Positions 59,776 to 64,000 of a stretch of 64,000 nt of DNA are shown in pieces. The DNA is from the human T2T-CHM13v2.0 reference genome, Homo sapiens: assembly GCF_009914755.1 (NCBI RefSeq), contig NC_060928.1. One strand, given 5' to 3'. The notes under the pieces are model-generated. The model made no database searches. It saw only the letters and a program-made list of their open reading frames with translations, and had not been told where the DNA came from. Both the position numbers and the translations under genes were made by a program. Numbering within the stretch: position 1 is the first letter of the stretch; every line of letters starts with the position of its first letter.

Positions 59776-60226
59776 GTAAGTACTACTGATTGTAAAGACT
59801 GATCTAACATTGATTATGTTATACATTATGCCAGGAAATGTTAAATATAATCCTGGTAGACATTTTAAGGGATTTTCCTCCGCAATATTAAGTCATTAAT
59901 CACCTTGGTATTGGAATAGTCCTGGATATTATAGTTCATAGTGTGTCAATCTTCATGGAAATATTAGGTTTAAGTTAACAACTGGCTTACTAAACTTTTA
60001 TTCACCTCTTTGTTTTACCCCATTTTGTTAAGAATATACTCTTTTTCAGTCTCCCCACTATATCTGTTTAATGCTATGCAACCAATAATGTTCACGTCAC
60101 AACCAGCATCAATCTTTTACCCAACAAATTTTTAGCTTGCATAACATATACTACAGTTTATCTACCTGTCTTTTATGAAAACAAAACTACAACTTTCTAA
60201 TTTCTATGTGTGTTTTTGCCTTCCAG

Positions 60227-60506
60227 TTACAAGGAGGATGCTATGAGATTATCAAGAATTCACCATGATCAACCCATAAAGACCCTGGATAGAGCAGTCT
60301 CCTGGATTGAGTTTGTCATGTGCCACAAAGGAGCCAAGCACCTGCGATCAGCTGCCAACGACCTCACCTGGTTCCAGCACTACTCTATAGACATGATTGG
60401 GTTCCCACGTGCCTGGGTGGCAACTGCTATATTCTTGGTCTCATGATGTTGTTTATTTTCCTCTCAAAAATTTAATAAAACTAGAAAGATAGAAAAGAGG
60501 GAACAG
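60227..60506 (+). pseudogene. UGT2A3P: UGT2A3-like exon 6 coding part (premature TGA at 60444-60446)
   Basis: ttccag|[40 protein letters not shown]...[27 protein letters not shown], then CAG at the ancestral stop position. Confidence 0.94.
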
Positions 60507-62664
60507 ATCTTTCCAAATTTAGGGAAGACCTGATGGGGTAATCCTGTTAATTCCAGCCACAAAGACTTTAGTGAAAACATGTTCCCTTCCTATTTTCATA
60601 CTATCTATTCTGATATTTTATCTTAGCTAAGTAGCCTAGAATTCCACGATCATGAAGTTGTGAGTATATCTTATTGTTGCATTGTATTTTCCTAGGTGTC
60701 CTTACTCTCTTCTGTCACTTATTAACACAAGGACATTAATACATCTACATTTTCCTATTTCTGATATCATGGTTTCCATGATGTCATCACTTCTATAACC
60801 TTAAGTGATAGGGTGACCTTCAGTATGCTGATTCCTGGTGTTTGCACAAACACATGGATGTAAAGAAGTAAAAAATGTAAAATTCACGAAATTCAGTAAA
60901 CCACACAAATCAGTTAAGCATTCTATGCCTTAGCTTGTTATGAGAAACATAATGATTTTTATTTTTCAATTTAAATAAGCCCTTCTACATACCCAGCATT
61001 ACTGATCTCAGACAATGAATTGCTAAAAATGACAATAGAGCATTACACTCAGAATAGTTTGCTATATTTCCACATACCTCATCTAGATGTCATGGCCTAC
61101 ATTTCTGCCATCACTCAACCAACATTTTTTGTGTGCTCTTGATGATAAATAGACAGTCCTCAAATAATAAAAGAAACTAATAATTTCTTACATAGAGAAA
61201 ATGTCAATAAGATATTCAAGGTAACCAGATTATTTTGAGATAAGTAACCATTAGAAATATGTGGTTTTAATTGCTGATTTTATAAAATTTTAGTTGATGG
61301 TACACTTAATAAAGAAGATTTAAATGTCTATTCTTTAAAAATGATGAATACTTATAATTCTTATCTCTATAATCAAAAGTCTAATTAATGTAGAAAAATA
61401 AAGAGATGCTTGCTCTGAAAGTAAGATCAGTATACGGTTTTTCAGTCTCAATCTTCGAGAACTGCAAATTCATCAAGTAATGGCTTACATGGCAAAAATT
61501 TAAGGTATTAGAATACCTGCTTCACAAATAATAGTATGTATTAAATATTTAGATATGTAAAGCTGTATACTAAACTAAATATAGTTTAATAATCTTTACA
61601 CAAATTAAGCAATTATGTTACACTTTTTATTTTGTTTACTGTTGTATAACCTTAGTGACATGCTTATTTATATTTTAATTTAAGGACTTGATTTATTAAA
61701 TAAATAAATTGGCTCAACTGGATTTTTGAAAATGTTGAAATTGTTACACATGTTGATAAGGTATATATATAAATTAATTCCAGTTTTAAAATGACTATAT
61801 AAAAAGAAATATAAGTATTGTTCTTCTGTATGTACATAATTAAATGTAAATAAAAATATTTACTATGTTTTTAACACTTTTTAAGTTTTTACACTGATAC
61901 GTTTGACTTTTAAAATATTATTATAATCTAGGAAAAGCTGATTATAGCTCTTTTAAGTCTCTGTAATTAAATACAGTAATTGATTAACATGCTCTGACAG
62001 GTGAGAAGCCATTTCTGGAGTTGATCCTGCTGACACTCTGGGACTTTTTAGCTTGGACACTCATTGTACGTGGGACTCCCTTCCTCTCAAGAGCTGTTGC
62101 TCATAAGACTCTCCTTCATCAATCTGGCATTGCCTTTTAATATCAGTTGCAATCAGAATCCAACTGGCCTTGTAGTTGTAATATGTTCTATCTTAACCAC
62201 CACTTTCTTACCAGGAGTCTGCCCAGGTTTGTTCTCTCATTCCCGTAAGAAGCTCCCAGCATAGACATTCTAAATTTCAGATCATTAAGTTATTAACAAA
62301 GCTTTGGACCATGTTCACTTTAGGCTGAGCATAGTGTGAGGAGATGTAAATTAAATTATAATCCTATATGTGCGTGTTATAAATATTAAAGTGTATAAAT
62401 TAAATAACACATTCTAAGTGTCCAACAAGGGTCAAATAAATGATACAAAGTCACCATATCAATGCTATTTGATCTCATCTTATTTCAGAAATTTTCTTGT
62501 AATATCCTCTTTGGTTTTTTATATCAATTGTTGCAAACAAAGAAAAATCTCAAAGGAATTTTTAATAATTACCTAGAGCCTCACTTCTAGACCTAACAAC
62601 TAAAAGCAAATTGCCATATTTTTATCACATAGTCTTTAAAATTTGCACATGGCGTGGTGGCAAA

Positions 62665-64000
62665 ATTGATGTTTTAAAGGTGGCAGAGCAGGAATGCCCT
62701 GTCCCTGTTCCCCATGCAGAAAGAGACTTAACAACATCATATAGACCAATTTGCCATGGTGATAATCTCAGAAACCAGTGAAAAGGTTGCAGCACCTCAG
62801 AAAAGAGCAAAGCCAAAAAGAATTTTATTTTAATATCTAGGAAATGTTGTACCATATACTCTCAATAGATCCTTCTCTAGACCGTACAGCATTACACAAT
62901 CAGGAAAAAAATCTTTAGTCATAACTTTTCCCATAGGAGTGAAAGAAGCGAGAAATGTGGTCTAATGTTCTGGCTCCTTAGGGGACTTCCCAAGGATCTG
63001 ATTCCTGTCACCGAACTTAAATCACTTATAGAAACCCCAGCATTTGAATGCCTGGGAATAAAGGCAGTGTGGCTGTTTAGGGCAGTACAAGAACAGCTGC
63101 ATTATTACTACAGAATGACAACAGGTGAAGTAAAATATTACAAAATCCTGAAAACAAACAAACAAACAAAAAACCCGATTTAACTTGGCAATTACATCCA
63201 AAAGCTCAGAGAGGATACAACTCTTGGAATGGTTTGCAAAGCTCCCAGGATCTCTAGCTGGGGTAATTGATGAAGGTTTTCCACTACACTAAGCCAGTAT
63301 ATAAAGACTGGGAGATGTGGATGTTTCTTTAAATCTCAGAATTTAAACAAAGAAATGCAAAACATGCAGACACTGAGAAGCATGACCTATTTAAGGGAAC
63401 AAAATAAAGCTTTCATTCCACCCTCAATAAACAAAGATTTATTAATCACCTGTCAAAATATATTAAATACCTATCAAAAATTTCAAAAATAATTAAAGAT
63501 GCTCGATTACCTAAAAAAACACAGACAAGTTTTTAAAAATCAGGAAAATAATGCATATATAAAATAAGAGTATCAACAAAGACATAAAAAGTATAGAAAA
63601 GAACCAAATAGAAATTCTGGAGGTAAATAATACAATAATTAAATTGAAAAATTTACAAGAGAAATTCAATAGATGACTTGATCAGCTAGAAAAAATAATT
63701 CATGAATTTGACAATATTGGTGACTTGAAACTTTTAAGGGAGAGGAGCAAAAAGAATGTGATAATAAAGTGAAGAAAGCCTGAGACTTATGGGACATTGT
63801 TAACCTGACCAGTTATGCATTATGAGAGTCCTCATGGGAGAAGAGGAAAAGATTGAGACAAAAAGTCTATTTAAAGAAATAATGGCAGGCAGAATATTTC
63901 CCAAATTTGAGGAAGAACACGGACATAGAATTGTTTTGAAACACAACTACTGTACACTGAGATCAGTTCAAAAATTTTACACCAATAAATATTATAATTA
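62665..64000 (+). mobile_element. Old L1M 5' UTR and ORF1 remnant
   Basis: aaggtggcagagcaggaa start, then A-rich ORF1-like gaaccaaatagaaattctggag...aatatttcccaaatttgagg. Confidence 0.7.

Larger units (their letters stand above)
57645..60506 (+). pseudogene. UGT2A3P: UGT2A3-like unprocessed partial pseudogene (exons 3-6)
   Basis: Four AG/GT-bounded exons encoding the UDP-sugar-binding half. C-terminus QKFNKTRKIEKRE matches UGT2A3 as I recall it. Frameshifts and a stop are present. The exact pseudogene number cannot be determined. Confidence 0.93.

Noticed and set aside
49591-60506. Exon 1 and exons 3-6 as a single UGT gene
   Set aside because: They are on opposite strands, have different subfamily signatures and show very different decay.
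57645-60506. Functional UGT2A3 gene
   Set aside because: Three frameshifting indels, a premature TGA, a lost native stop and no exons 1-2.

Overview
This is primate (human-like) genomic DNA, overwhelmingly nested transposable elements, and most likely from the UGT2 gene cluster (human 4q13; the locus is inferred from gene content). No intact host protein-coding gene, RNA gene or CRISPR array is visible, and most listed ORFs are L1, ERV or Alu remnants. There are two host-gene relics. (1) A plus-strand UGT2A3-like unprocessed pseudogene with only exons 3-6 (57645-60506); splice sites are intact but it carries frameshifts and a premature stop. (2) A heavily decayed UGT2 exon 1 on the minus strand (50287->~49591), missed by the ORF track. 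It does not look like UGT2A3 or UGT2B and resembles the UGT2E1/'UGT2C1-like' type of non-primate mammals. Mobile elements include a deleted HERV-K(HML-6)/LTR3 provirus inside an L1, a full-length ~6.15 kb L1PA with TSD, two THE1 MaLR elements, a two-LTR ERV1 remnant, several solo LTRs, Alus and a MER30. The oddest structure is an ~840 bp insertion in the HML-6 env that looks like a circularly permuted 1.1x copy of an L1 plus its donor flanks, with two nested TSD pairs. I found no support for a new multi-gene biological system. Repeat subfamily names are from memory of consensus sequences and need confirmation with RepeatMasker/Dfam.
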